NCBI GenBank assembly: GCA_963804955.1
Contig: CAWDSQ010000024.1
Location: 160,001 to 224,000 of the forward strand
DNA length: 64,000 nucleotides
Direction of reading: 5' to 3'
Source: an uncultured delta proteobacterium
Lineage (GTDB): Bacteria; Desulfobacterota; WTBG01; CAIYCZ01; CAIRTM01
Shown: positions 34,533-45,704 of the stretch, one piece after another
Numbering within the stretch: the first letter of the stretch is position 1
How the letters are laid out: every line of letters begins with the position of its first letter
Position numbers and translations under genes: made by a program
The notes under the pieces: model-generated
The model's database searches: none
What the model saw: the letters and a program-made list of their open reading frames with translations, nothing else
Told to the model about the DNA's origin: nothing

Positions 34533-36056
34533 ATGGCACTTGAAGGCAATCTAGAAACTTTTTATCTCTCCAGTCTTTTTCAACTGCTTTCCAATGATAA
34601 AAAGACCGGGAATTTACGCATTACCCATGACGACGATGTGGTTACCGTCCACTTCTGCGAGGGCACGATAGTCTCTGCCACCAGCTCCGACAATGAAAAG
34701 CATCTCGGGTACCTCCTTCGAAGCGAAGGCGTCATCGGCTCCATGGAACTTGAAAAGCATCTGCAGATTGCCAGAAACCGCAAAGAGCGGCTCGGCAAAG
34801 TGCTGGTTGATGAATGCTTCATATCAAAAGAAGAGCTTGATAAATTCGTCCGCATGCAGGTGGAAAATATACTCTTCACCCTTTTTCACTGGATACAGGG
34901 TAAATTCCGGTTTGAAGAATGCGCTGTGTCGGCTGCTGAAGCAACGGACACACAGTTTGAAACCATGGGATTGATACTGGAAGCTTCCCGAAGGGTTGAT
35001 GAGATGTCTGTTCTGGAAAAACAAATACCGGCAAAAGATCAGGTGCTGCGCTATACAGCGGATGCGGCTTCAGCAAACAGGCAAACAACGCTTAACAACC
35101 AGGAAAATGCTGTTCTGCGCCTGGTCAACGGTATGAACACTATAAAGGAAATCATCTACCAGAGCGGTTATGATGAATTTACCGCAGTCAAGGCTCTGTA
35201 TACTCTTTTATCAGCCGGCATAATTGATGTTAAAGAAAAAATAGCACTGTCACTTGAGGCAGATCAGCCACAAACTGTCTCTGCCGAGCCTGCATCCGGC
35301 AAGACGCTGGAAAAAACCTCCCCTGAGGTACCCGGCCAGCAGCAAAAAAAAAGGCCTCCTATCCCTTCAGCTCATGACATTGACCTTGGAGGCGCCCCCC
35401 GGCGAAAAAATCGCTTCTTCAGCATCGCCATTGCCATCATAGTCCTGTTTACCATAGCCGCCGGCGCTGGCGTGCTTTTCAAAATGGGGGTTGTACCTGA
35501 TTTTTTTCGCATAACCGTCAATCCTCCTGACGCCACTCAGCAAACGGCAGTAAAACCGGTGGAGAAAACAGAACAGCCTGAAAAAAACCTGCCTGACGTA
35601 CAGTCCCTGCAGGACAAAAATTCCTTCTTTTTTCTGAACCTGCCTTCTGGATTTGCCTATCAGGATACATCCAGCCCCCGCAAATCAAAAATTACTGCTT
35701 CATACGCAGCAGATATTACCGTCTCAATCGAGGCTCAGCGCTGGCCCGGGCAGTGGAATGCTGAAGATGAGATGTATAAAAAAATTGGCGGATTTCAGGA
35801 TGGGCAATCAGACAGGTCCCGGGCATCAATAGAGTCCCATGGACTCATAAGCATGGGCGGAGGGCAGGGTTTTAAAATAACATCAGCTGAAACGATCAAT
35901 GCCTCCCTGTTCATGACGCATTACTATACCCTTGTCGGGCACCAAAAAATAATTTCAATCCAAATCACCTGCAAAAACTGCAGGCAGGTGGAAACTGGCC
36001 CATTGTTCAACAAAGTTGATGAAGCAATTAAAAAATCTCTACTTATATACCCATAA
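34533..36056 (+). CDS. DUF4388 (PATAN-like) domain protein with TM segment and periplasmic C-terminal domain
   Basis: ALEGNL..F.L..LFQLL...KKTG.L, LFHW..G.F.F, LILEASRRVDE; TM near residues 300-322. Confidence 0.8.
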   Translation: MALEGNLETFYLSSLFQLLSNDKKTGNLRITHDDDVVTVHFCEGTIVSATSSDNEKHLGYLLRSEGVIGSMELEKHLQIARNRKERLGKVLVDECFISKEELDKFVRMQVENILFTLFHWIQGKFRFEECAVSAAEATDTQFETMGLILEASRRVDEMSVLEKQIPAKDQVLRYTADAASANRQTTLNNQENAVLRLVNGMNTIKEIIYQSGYDEFTAVKALYTLLSAGIIDVKEKIALSLEADQPQTVSAEPASGKTLEKTSPEVPGQQQKKRPPIPSAHDIDLGGAPRRKNRFFSIAIAIIVLFTIAAGAGVLFKMGVVPDFFRITVNPPDATQQTAVKPVEKTEQPEKNLPDVQSLQDKNSFFFLNLPSGFAYQDTSSPRKSKITASYAADITVSIEAQRWPGQWNAEDEMYKKIGGFQDGQSDRSRASIESHGLISMGGGQGFKITSAETINASLFMTHYYTLVGHQKIISIQITCKNCRQVETGPLFNKVDEAIKKSLLIYP

Positions 36057-36098
36057 CAGCTTCCTCTGTCCATCCATCTCTTCTTCTGCGGTTTAACT

Positions 36099-37481
36099 AT
36101 GCAGCACAACGACACCATTACAGCCATCGCAACGCCGGTTGGCAGCGGCGGCATCGGCATCATTCGACTGAGCGGCCCTGAGGCATGTCACATTGTCGGA
36201 AAATTTTTTAAATCAAAAAACTTTACCCCGGAAGCACTCAGCTCTCATCGCCTTTATTTCGGCATCATCATTGACCCGGTGGACGGCAGCGATCTTGATG
36301 AAGCTCTTATCTCCTTCATGAAGGCCCCGCGCACCTATACCGGCGAAGATGTCGTTGAAATCAACTGCCACAGCGGCATTGTGCTGCTTGATAAAATACT
36401 GCGTATGACGATTGATGCCGGGGCACGCCTTGCCGAAGCAGGTGAGTTCACCCGTCGCGGTTTTCTCAACGGACGGATGGATCTTACACAAGCCGAGGCG
36501 GTTATTGATGTTATTGAGGCGAAATCAGAACTTGGTCTCAAAATCGCTTCCCGCCAGCTGACAGGGAAACTCGCACAGCGTATTGACCATCTGTACGACA
36601 ATCTTTTGACTATCACCGCCACAGTTGAGGCCGCTATTGACTTTCCCGAGGATGATATCCTGATTGCCGCGGCGCCGGTTCTGGCCGCTCAGATACAGGC
36701 TGTCCAGGAAGCTGCCGGCGGACTGATCGCTACATTCCACGACGGCTGTCTCTATGCAAGCGGCGTACAGACGGTTATTACCGGAAAACCCAATGTCGGC
36801 AAATCAAGCATCCTGAATGCGCTGCTGGGAGATGAGCGGGCCATCGTTACTGCCATTCCCGGCACGACCAGAGATCTCATTCAGGAAACCATGACCATCG
36901 GCGGCATGCCGATACACCTTATCGATACAGCCGGCCTGAACGACAGCGATCAGGAAATTGAGGTTGCGGGCATGGAGCGGGCTCGCGTAAAAATAGCCCA
37001 TGCCGATATTGTGCTGCTGGTCCTTGATGCAAGCATGCCGCTTGATCATGCCGATCACGCGGTGGCAGGTCTTCTTGCCAATAAAAACCTTATCATCGTC
37101 ATGAACAAAACCGATTTACCTGCTGCCTGGGAACCCGGGCAGCTCCCCGGGTTTCTGCCTGCAGCCGGCACCGTCGCAGTGTCAGCCCTGCGCCATACTG
37201 GCATCGTGCAGCTTAAACAGGCCATTTCACATATGGTCGGCAAACATGGCGGCATTTCCCCTTCAGACATTCTCATCGCCAATGCCAGGCATCGCTCTGC
37301 CCTTGAAAAAACGCGTGCCGCACTCGGACAGGCTGTCTCGGGTTTGCTGTGCGACCGCGCTCCTGAGCTGATTTCGATAGATCTGCATACCGCACTTGAT
37401 GCTCTCGGAGAGATCACCGGCAGGACCACTGCCGAGGATATTCTCGATGTCATTTTCAGCCGTTTCTGCATAGGAAAATGA
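36099..37481 (+). CDS. mnmE: tRNA modification GTPase MnmE
   Basis: DTITAIATP, YTGEDVVEI.CH, GKPNVGKSS, GTTRD, DTAG, NKTD, FSRFCIGK. Confidence 0.97.
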   Translation: MQHNDTITAIATPVGSGGIGIIRLSGPEACHIVGKFFKSKNFTPEALSSHRLYFGIIIDPVDGSDLDEALISFMKAPRTYTGEDVVEINCHSGIVLLDKILRMTIDAGARLAEAGEFTRRGFLNGRMDLTQAEAVIDVIEAKSELGLKIASRQLTGKLAQRIDHLYDNLLTITATVEAAIDFPEDDILIAAAPVLAAQIQAVQEAAGGLIATFHDGCLYASGVQTVITGKPNVGKSSILNALLGDERAIVTAIPGTTRDLIQETMTIGGMPIHLIDTAGLNDSDQEIEVAGMERARVKIAHADIVLLVLDASMPLDHADHAVAGLLANKNLIIVMNKTDLPAAWEPGQLPGFLPAAGTVAVSALRHTGIVQLKQAISHMVGKHGGISPSDILIANARHRSALEKTRAALGQAVSGLLCDRAPELISIDLHTALDALGEITGRTTAEDILDVIFSRFCIGK

Positions 37482-37687
37482 TGCCGGGGCCTGCCCTTTG
37501 ACGCCTGCTGCTCAAGAGCTGGCTATCGAGGCCTCTTTCGCAGCCTGAAATTCTCCGGCGCCTTCTTCGCGCAGGCTGATGCACTGACACATGCCACAGC
37601 CCCGATGCAAAACGCCGGAAAATTCCTGCTCGCCGCTGGGGGCAGACATATACCCGCGAATAAAAAAGGCTGACGGCATCTGCCGAT

Positions 37688-38611
37688 TCACCGTATGGAA
37701 GAGAATTCAAGAGAGTGCACCATGCGGGTCAGCATGCAGTTTACCGGCGCTGCAAGGCCAAGACGACTGGCGTATTCCACAATAACACCGTTGATGCTAT
37801 CGATTTCGGTACGCCTGCCCGAGCCGATATCCTGCTGCATTGAAGAAAAATTTTCAGCGGTGGCATAACAGACTTCCGTGGTTCGATCTACCGGATCGGG
37901 ATAGGGCAATGCAATGCCCAGCCGTTGCGCCACAGCAGCCCCCTCGAGAACGGCCCGGCGCATAACCGAATGCAGCGGCGCCATATCTCCCACCCTGCCG
38001 TTTTTTACACCCATGATTGCAGTCAGTGCGTTGATGCCGGCATTTACCAGCAGCTTGCCCCAAAGCACCGGCTGTATGTCTTCAGCCAGGGCCGTCGGGA
38101 CACCTGCGCTTTGAAAAATTTCCTGCACAGCATGCGCCCGCACGGCCCCTTCCGGCACAAGAGGGCCTATCACTGTTTCGCCCCTGCCTGCATGCCGCAC
38201 CCTGCCATTGCCCAGAAGTGTTGCCCCATGTGCCGTGGTTCCGGCAAGGATCAAAGACTGCGGCACAAAGCCGGTGATGGCCTCGATATTACCCAGGCCG
38301 TTCTGCAGCGTCAGCACCGTTGTCTGCGGGCCGATTACCGGCAGAGATGCTTGTACTGCAGCTGCGGTATCATATGCTTTCACGAGCAGTATGAGCACAT
38401 CGGCAATGCCTGCATCAGCCGCATGTGCCGTGACAGCGGGCCTGGCGACTGAAAGCACAGCGCCGTCACGCTCTATGCTGAGCCCTGAGCAGCGTATCGC
38501 ATCCACCCTTCCGGCATCCTTTTCAAACAGCCACAGCTCATGCCTGGATCCCGCAAGCAAGCCTGCAAACAAACACCCCATAGCTCCGGCGCCTGCAATG
38601 ACTATCTTCAT
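37688..38611 (-). CDS. panE: 2-dehydropantoate 2-reductase
   Basis: GAGAMG, VKAYD, LQNGLG, WGKLLVN, SSMQQD, TEIDSING. Confidence 0.93.
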   Translation of the reverse strand: MKIVIAGAGAMGCLFAGLLAGSRHELWLFEKDAGRVDAIRCSGLSIERDGAVLSVARPAVTAHAADAGIADVLILLVKAYDTAAAVQASLPVIGPQTTVLTLQNGLGNIEAITGFVPQSLILAGTTAHGATLLGNGRVRHAGRGETVIGPLVPEGAVRAHAVQEIFQSAGVPTALAEDIQPVLWGKLLVNAGINALTAIMGVKNGRVGDMAPLHSVMRRAVLEGAAVAQRLGIALPYPDPVDRTTEVCYATAENFSSMQQDIGSGRRTEIDSINGVIVEYASRLGLAAPVNCMLTRMVHSLEFSSIR

Positions 38612-38816
38612 AAAAACAACAGCCCGAAAAGATTTTCTATGCTAAACAGACCATGCATATAACGCTCCCCGTGCCGGCTGAAATTCCGCCTAAAAATGGC
38701 TTGACAATTAAAGGGGTAAAATATAAGCTTACAATCTAATTTTATAACTGGTCATAGCATATTCATCAACTATAATTTTGCTTAAATTCATTTAAAATCG
38801 CAAAGGAGACCCAACT

Positions 38817-39096
38817 TTGATCAGCAAAACATTCAAGCAGGAAAAAGTGGGCTGTCAATTGCTGGAAGCAGGGCAAGCGCAGCCTTATACGCCGGGAACC
38901 AAGCCGCGAACTTGGGCCTGTCTGGGACAAGTCATTGTGCGTGCGTTGCGCACTCTGCTATATTTACTGCCCCGACGCAGCCATCAGCCGTCAGGAAGAC
39001 GGGTATTATGATGTTGATATCAAATTGTGCAAGGGATGCGGCATCTGTCATCGCGAGTGCTGGTTCGGCGCCGTCAGCATGCAGGAGGTTGAATAA
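38817..39096 (+). CDS. PorD-like 2[4Fe-4S] ferredoxin subunit; one frameshift near 38915
   Basis: Alternative frame reads PVWDKSLCVRCALCYIYCPDAAI...LCKGCGICHRECWFGAVSMQEVE*. Confidence 0.8.
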
Positions 39097-39818
39097 TGGA
39101 TACATACACACTTTATGCAGCACAGTTCTTACCTTTCAAGGAACATTTCAACCCCAAAGGGCATAATGCCTGCAAGGGATGCGGCGTGGCACTGGCCGTA
39201 CGGCAGGTCTACAAATCACTGGAAGGCAGCAGTGCAAATATCGAGCAGGCGAAATGGCAGATACCGTGGCAGGAAAGCATTATTGTAGCATCCGGCGCCA
39301 TTGCTGCAGGCTCTCAGCCTGCGCTGCTGAGCATTGCCAAGAAAGACGGCTCTCTGTATATCTGCTTCGACAACGAAAGCACCGACGGCAAGGTAGACAA
39401 AGCTGTGATGATGAAAAAGCTTCCGGCAGTAGCCAGCGCCAGCGGGTGCGACTATACCGCTACAGCATGCCCGAGCCATCCCTTCGACCTTATGGAAAAA
39501 ATTCGCAAAGCCTGGGACTGCGCCGGATCAGCCTTTGTGCATATCCTGTGCCCCTGCCCGGTCGGATGGGGATTCGAGGCTGAAAACTCGGTTAAGGTCG
39601 GGAGAAAGGCTGTTGAGAGCCTTGTGTTCCCGCTCTATGAAATAGCCCAGGGATACTATAAAATCACCTGCGAAGACTCAAAGCCGCAGTCGGTTGCAGC
39701 CTATGTGAAGGCACAGACCCGCTTTGCCGGCTGGAGCGCAAAAAAAATTACGGCCCTGCAGGAAGAAGTCAATGCAAACCTTGATCTTCTGAAAAGCAAA
39801 ACCCAAAAAACGCTCTGA
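39096..39818 (+). CDS. Shortened PorB-like (2-oxoacid:ferredoxin oxidoreductase beta) protein lacking the ThDP motif
   Basis: GHNACKGCG, W.IPW, LYICFDNE, Y.ATA.P, HILCPCPVGW, FPLYEI, Q.RF; no GDG or YMNTG. Confidence 0.75.
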   Translation: MDTYTLYAAQFLPFKEHFNPKGHNACKGCGVALAVRQVYKSLEGSSANIEQAKWQIPWQESIIVASGAIAAGSQPALLSIAKKDGSLYICFDNESTDGKVDKAVMMKKLPAVASASGCDYTATACPSHPFDLMEKIRKAWDCAGSAFVHILCPCPVGWGFEAENSVKVGRKAVESLVFPLYEIAQGYYKITCEDSKPQSVAAYVKAQTRFAGWSAKKITALQEEVNANLDLLKSKTQKTL

Positions 39819-39863
39819 GCACAAGGCGCTGAAACAAAATAATTCAATAGTAGGGAGTTTATA

Positions 39864-40523
39864 ATGTCAGAGGCAACTGCTATAACCTGGTCAGGCAAAA
39901 GCGAAGCCATGTTTGAAATCATGCTCGGCGAAGTTCCTGAGGCGATGAGGGAGGTTTTCCGCGGAAAACTGTCTGCCGTGATCGCACAGAAAGCCCAGGG
40001 CGGCCCGACTCTCGAGGACCATGTTAAGGCCGTGGTCACCGAAATAGTACCTGATCCGTTCAAAACCGCTATTCTCAAAAAATTCAAGGAGCTGGGCGAT
40101 TTTGACATAAAAGTCATCGATGAAATCATCAAAAAGCACGGCACGTCGCAGGATAAGCTCATGTACATTCTGCACGATATACAGGATGAAGTGAGCTATT
40201 TGCCTGTTGAAGCCCTGCGCGCCGTGAGCAACAAAACAGGTATCAGTTTGAGCACCATCTACAATGTGGCGACATTCTATAAAACCTTCAGACTCACCCG
40301 CCCGGGAAGCCATCATGTAAAAGTCTGCTGCGGCACAGCCTGCCACCTCAATGACAAAAACGGCATTGCGCGGCAGATTGAAGAAAAAGTGACTGCTTCA
40401 CCGGCCGTCAGCATGGAAAAAACCCTGTGCATGGGCTGTTGCGACTGCTCCCCGGCCGTTGAAATCGACGGCAGAATTTACACGGGCGACGAGGCAAAAG
40501 CCAAAATTGAAGCACTTGCATAA
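39864..40523 (+). CDS. NuoE/HydC-like [2Fe-2S] subunit with extra N-terminal helical domain
   Basis: ILHDIQ...YLP, VATFY..F, VCCGTACH, CMGCCDCSP. Confidence 0.85.
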   Translation: MSEATAITWSGKSEAMFEIMLGEVPEAMREVFRGKLSAVIAQKAQGGPTLEDHVKAVVTEIVPDPFKTAILKKFKELGDFDIKVIDEIIKKHGTSQDKLMYILHDIQDEVSYLPVEALRAVSNKTGISLSTIYNVATFYKTFRLTRPGSHHVKVCCGTACHLNDKNGIARQIEEKVTASPAVSMEKTLCMGCCDCSPAVEIDGRIYTGDEAKAKIEALA

Positions 40524-40555
40524 GAGCATTAACCGCGTTACTGACGAGGAATAAC

Positions 40556-42252
40556 ATGAAAGTACAGACAGCAGAAGATTTAGCAAAGGCAAAGGAACAG
40601 GGTAACAAAACGCTCTTCCCCGGCACAGTGCGCATTAATGTCGGCATGTCAACCTGCTGCATTGCAAAAGGCGCCGATGTGGTGCTCAGCGCGCTTGAGT
40701 ACGGATTGAAATCACGGGGCATGAAGGCCGAAGCTAGCAAAAGTAGGCTGCAGCGGCCTGTGCCATATGGAGCCGACCGTTGAAATTCAACAGCCGGGCA
40801 AATCAAAAATCATCTATGGCAATGTTAAAGAACAGGATGTAAACCGGTTGCTTGATGCTGTCGCAGCCGGCAGCGTGGTTGAAGACATGGCTTTTGCCCG
40901 TATCGACAGTGAAGACCATGCGCTGGTGGGTGAAATAAAGTATCAGTACAGCGCTGATGCAGGCTCCTCTGCTTCTGTCAACTCCGTCAATGATATCGAA
41001 TTCCTGAAGGCGCAGCGCAAAGTTATCCTGCGCAATGCCGGCAGCATCAATCCTGAAAACATTTATGAATACATAGCGCGCGATGGCTATGCTGCTCTTG
41101 CCAAGGCTATTGCCATGAAGCCTGAAGCCATCATCAAGGAAATTATTGATGCGGGGCTGCGCGGCCGCGGCGGCGGCGGCTTCCCTGCAGGCCTCAAGTG
41201 GAAAGCCTGCCGCGAGTCCGCAGGTTCGGAAAAATACCTTATTTGCAATGTCAGTGAAGGGGAACCCGGCATCGGCATGCATCGCAGCTTCCTTGAGTCA
41301 GATCCGCACTCGGTACTGGAAGGTCTCATTATCGGCGGATTTGCCATCGGCGCCAGTACCGCCTATGTGTACATCCGCGATAATTACCGCATAGCCCTCA
41401 AGCGGTTCCAGAAGGCCATAGATGATGCCACTGAAATGGGACTTCTCGGCGACAATATTCTCGGATCATCCTTCAGCATGACGGTTAAAGTAAAAGAAGG
41501 CGGTGGACGTTTTGTCTGCGGTGAAGAAACCGCGCTCATCGCCTGCATCGAGGGCCGCATTGGAGAACCCTGCCAGAGACCTCCCTTTCCGGTTGAAAAG
41601 GGCCTTTTCTCCAAGCCAACCTGCATAAACAATGTTGAAACCTGGGCCAATGTTCCGGTCATTATTTCTAAGGGCAGCGCGTGGTACAAAACAATCGGAA
41701 GCGAAACAAGCAAAGGAACCAAAGTACTGTCACTTTCGGGCAATATAGCCCGGGCTGGCATGATTGAAGTGGCTATGGGCACCTCGCTCAAGGATGTTGT
41801 GCACACAATCGGCGGCGGTAGTCCCGGCGGCAAAAAGCTCAAAAGCATTACAAACCGGCGGACCGTCAGGAGGCGTCATTCCCGCAAGCCTTGATACTCT
41901 CACGGTTGACTATGATTCGCTTAAAAGCGCAGGAACGATGCTTGGCTCAGGCGGCATTGTTATTATGGATGAAACAACGGATATGGTTAAAATCGCGCGC
42001 TATTTGACCGACTTTTTCGTACAGGAATCCTGTGGAAAATGCGTGCCCTGCCGGGAAGGGGTATGCAGAATGTGCGCCATGCTCGACGAAATTATCGCAG
42101 GTCGCGGCACGGCACACGACCTGTCCCTGCTGCAGGAAATGTCAGATCCCATAATAAGCGCCTCAGCATGTGCTCTGGGAAAAACAGCGCCCATACCTGT
42201 TCTCTCATCGCTCAAACATTTCCGCGACGACTACACTGCTTATATTAAATAA
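40556..42252 (+). CDS. NuoF/HydB-like FMN and NAD(P)H-binding subunit; frameshifts near 40745 and 41845
   Basis: N-terminal TCCIAKGA thioredoxin-like domain, GLRGRGGGGFP.G.KW, FVCGEETAL, NNVET, GGPSGG, ESCGKCVPCREG, SACALG. Confidence 0.88.
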
Positions 42253-42267
42253 AACACAGCATCACCC

Positions 42268-42302
42268 AAAAAAGCCCATCCGCATCCGGATGGGCTTTTT
42301 TT
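42268..42302 (+). terminator. Rho-independent terminator
   Basis: AAAAAAGCCCATCCG-CATC-CGGATGGGCTTTTTTT. Confidence 0.9.
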
Positions 42303-42532
42303 GTGCCCGGCCGCACGAAGTAATACGACAAGCATTCACGCATACCGTATCAGTGCCCTCCATTTTATAACAATAATCTACCATACATATTTCCTACTGA
42401 AAAAAGAGGCTTTTATTCCAATAAATGCATTTTTATTCCATTTTGGAACAAGTCTGACGAGAAAGCCTTGGATGCAAATAAAAAAAACACTGCAATTACA
42501 AATAGTTAATTTTTTTTATAAAAAAAACACAG

Positions 42533-42548
42533 CGGCACGCTATTTGCT
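42533..42548 (+). promoter_or_regulatory. sigma54 (-24/-12) promoter
   Basis: CGGCACGCTATTTGCT, GG-N10-GC, about 40 nt upstream of the sigma factor start. Confidence 0.65.
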
Positions 42549-42587
42549 ATTCATAACAGTTGAACTTTAAAGTAAAGGGGCAATGGT

Positions 42588-43955
42588 ATGAATACAAAAA
42601 ATGAAGCACTTAACGAAGAACATTTTGAAGACATGTTGATGGATGCAACCGAATGTCTGGAAACTGAAGATTGTAATGACAGCGAAATAGAGACTCCTGA
42701 AGTATCTCAGGGGTCAGACATGCACGATAAAAGCTCACATGGAAATGTTATAACGGCCTATCTCAATGAAATAAAAACGTGGCCTGTTGTGTCGCGCGAT
42801 AAAGAGATGGATCTGGCCATTGCCTATTCTGAAGCAGACAAAAAAAAACACGCTGTCATCAGGCAGTGGGCTCTCAGTTTTTCTTCAATTATAGACTGGA
42901 AAAAAATATCCGCTGCAGCCAAACAGGAATCGCAGGATAAAAATACCGTAAAAATACTTGAACTGCTGCAAAAAATACAAACGGCGCACCGTACCGTATT
43001 GGCGGTTGAGGCAACACTTGAAAAAGAAAAGCACAGTTACTACAAAAGCAAAAAACTTTGCAGGGAAAAAGCGGTGGCAGTACTTGAGACCGATGATATT
43101 TGCATGCATATGGATTTACTGCGAACATACAAATCAGGAGTTGTAAAAAAGCTCTACCCTTTTATTAATCCGGCTAAAGTGCACAAAGCCAGAAAAAACA
43201 TCCTGTCTTTGCTGCGCCAGTATCTCAAGGCCGACCGTAATGCAAAAAAAGCAAAAAATGAACTGGTCGGTTCAAATCTTCGTCTTGTGGTTGGTATAGC
43301 AAAAAAATATGCCACCCGCGGACTTCCTCTTTCGGATTTGATTCAGGAAGGCAATATAGGGCTTATGCGGGCCGTGGAAAAATTTGACTACCGGCTTGGC
43401 AACCGTCTGAGCACCTATGCAAGCTGGTGGATACGCCAGACCATAATCAGGGCAATAGAAGACAAGTCGTCAACGATAAGAATTCCCGTTTATATAAACG
43501 ATAAAATCAAAAAACTGCTGCACGAATCAAAAAACGATGCGCAGCTCCTGCACGCTGAGAGCGCTGTTGGTGGCGCCGATAATGAAACAGTCAATGTTCA
43601 TTTTGCCCTTCAGATCACACGGGACCCTCTCTCGCTGGAAACACCCTTTGGTGAGGATGGCAGCAACCTGCATGAATGCATTGCCGCAACCATGCCGCAA
43701 TCACCTATTGAACATGTGCTCAAGTATCAGCTTGAACATGAAACCGAGGAAATGCTTAAATGCCTGTCACCCCGGGATGAAAGAATTCTTCGTATGCGGT
43801 TTGGGCTTGGTGTTGACGGAGAGCATACACTTGAGGAAATTGGTGAAAAATTCGGCATTTCACGCGAGCGCGTTCGCCAGATAGAAACAACGGCGCTGCA
43901 ACGTATAAAGGCTTCGACATGCTCGGAGGTTTTACGGCCATTTCTGGTCAATTGA
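42588..43955 (+). CDS. sigma70-family RNA polymerase sigma factor (RpoD/RpoS-like paralog)
   Basis: YLNEI region 1.2; NLRLVV.IAKKY..RGL...[46 protein letters not shown]. Confidence 0.92.
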   Translation: MNTKNEALNEEHFEDMLMDATECLETEDCNDSEIETPEVSQGSDMHDKSSHGNVITAYLNEIKTWPVVSRDKEMDLAIAYSEADKKKHAVIRQWALSFSSIIDWKKISAAAKQESQDKNTVKILELLQKIQTAHRTVLAVEATLEKEKHSYYKSKKLCREKAVAVLETDDICMHMDLLRTYKSGVVKKLYPFINPAKVHKARKNILSLLRQYLKADRNAKKAKNELVGSNLRLVVGIAKKYATRGLPLSDLIQEGNIGLMRAVEKFDYRLGNRLSTYASWWIRQTIIRAIEDKSSTIRIPVYINDKIKKLLHESKNDAQLLHAESAVGGADNETVNVHFALQITRDPLSLETPFGEDGSNLHECIAATMPQSPIEHVLKYQLEHETEEMLKCLSPRDERILRMRFGLGVDGEHTLEEIGEKFGISRERVRQIETTALQRIKASTCSEVLRPFLVN

Positions 43956-44032
43956 ATATGCCCTGACAGGCAACTCGTCAAATCAGGCGCCCGTCATAGT
44001 AAGCTGCAGCCCCTGCAGTTGAGCTGAATACC

Positions 44033-45386
44033 CTATGCACGTTCAAGGCCATATTCTTTAATTTTACGCCACAGCGTATTATAGCCGATACTGAGCCTTT
44101 TAGCCGCCTCCCGCTGATTCCAGCCGCAGTGAACAAGCATTTCCTCTATGTGGTGGCGTTCAAGATCACGCAGAGTCATGTGCGAAAAATTATACGACTG
44201 CGCTTTCCTGCCATTATAGTTTTCAAGCAGTATATCATCGGATGTCAGCTCATCAGTCTCCACCAGAATCATGGCCCGCTCAATAGTATTTTCAAGCTCT
44301 CGAACATTGCCTGGCCAGTCGTACAACTCCAGTTTTTGTATCGCGTCTTTGGAAAACCCGATTAATTTCCTGTCTGTACGTTTGCAGTATCGCTCTACAA
44401 AAAAACGGGCAAGCGGCAGGATATCTTCACGACGCTCCGCAATAGGTGGAATATACAGAGGAATCACATTGAGCCTGAAATAAAGATCCTGACGAAAACG
44501 CCCATCCTCAACCAGCTGCTTGATCGGGACATTGCTTGAAGCAAGCACGCGGACGTCGATGACGATATCCTTTGTATCCCCGACGCGCCGTATTTCATTC
44601 TCCTGCAGAACGCGCAGCAGCTTCACCTGAAACGCCGGGCTGGTTTCCCCTATTTCATCAAGAAATATTGTGCCTCCATTTGCCTCTTCGAAAAGTCCTT
44701 TTTTCGTAATATTGGCGCCGGTAAATGCTCCCTTGACATAGCCGAACAGCTCACTTTCAAGCAGTGTTTCAGGAAGAGCCCCGCAATTGATTGCCACAAA
44801 AGGGCCGTCGCTTCGAAGGCTGTAATTGTAGATGGCATGGGCGATAACCTCTTTGCCGGTGCCGCTTTCGCCTTCAATGAGCACCGTTGAGGACGACTTG
44901 GCAACGCGCCTTACCATAGTCAAGAATTTTCTGCATCGCCGGGCTTGTTGCTACAATATTGTCGAATTTGAACAAATCATTAACCTGGCTTCTCAAATTC
45001 TTGACTTCGGCGACAAGGCGCTGCCGTTCAATCGCCTTGTGCACCACAAGATTGAGCTCAGTCAGGTCTATAGGCTTCGTTATATAATCAAAGGCCCCCT
45101 GCTTCATTGCCTGAACAGCAGAGTCCACCGAACTGTTGCCGGTTATTATAATCACCTCGGTGTGCGGAGCAACCTCTTTGACTTTTTTCAGTATATCGAT
45201 ACCGGTAACAGAGTCAAGCATGAGGTCGGTTATAACAACATCGAAGATATCCTCCTGCAGTATCTGCAGAGCGCGCATGCCATCGCTTTCTTCCCGCACA
45301 GAAGCACTCTGCCTGAGAAAAAACTTGGACAGCATGCTGAGCGTTGACTCATCGTCATCAATCAATAAAATATGTTGTTTTTTCAT
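44033..45386 (-). CDS. sigma54-dependent response regulator (NtrC/AtoC/ZraR family); frameshift near 44920
   Basis: REC (LIDDD, TDLML, TKP); [35 protein letters not shown]; Fis-type HTH. Confidence 0.92.
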
Positions 45387-45704
45387 TGTGTTAGGCGAGT
45401 AATAAAAAGTTCCCCTCTGATACCTGCATGGGTTTTCAACATGTGTCAAACATACTACTAGCACAACCGCCGTGCGCCGTGCAAGATTGAATTAAAAAAA
45501 GAAGGGCTTGCAAAGGTTTGAGCTAAAAGCTTAAAATTAATTGCTTGACAAAAAGAAAAAAATGAACTAATTATCACTTCTTTAATTATCATAGATAACA
45601 TCCTCCCCAAAACCTCTACGGCTCGGGGTAGAATTATCAAAGCGACAGTTCCGCTAACAACAGTAACTCAACCGGCTCAACACGTAACCTGCAAGGAGTG
45701 TATT

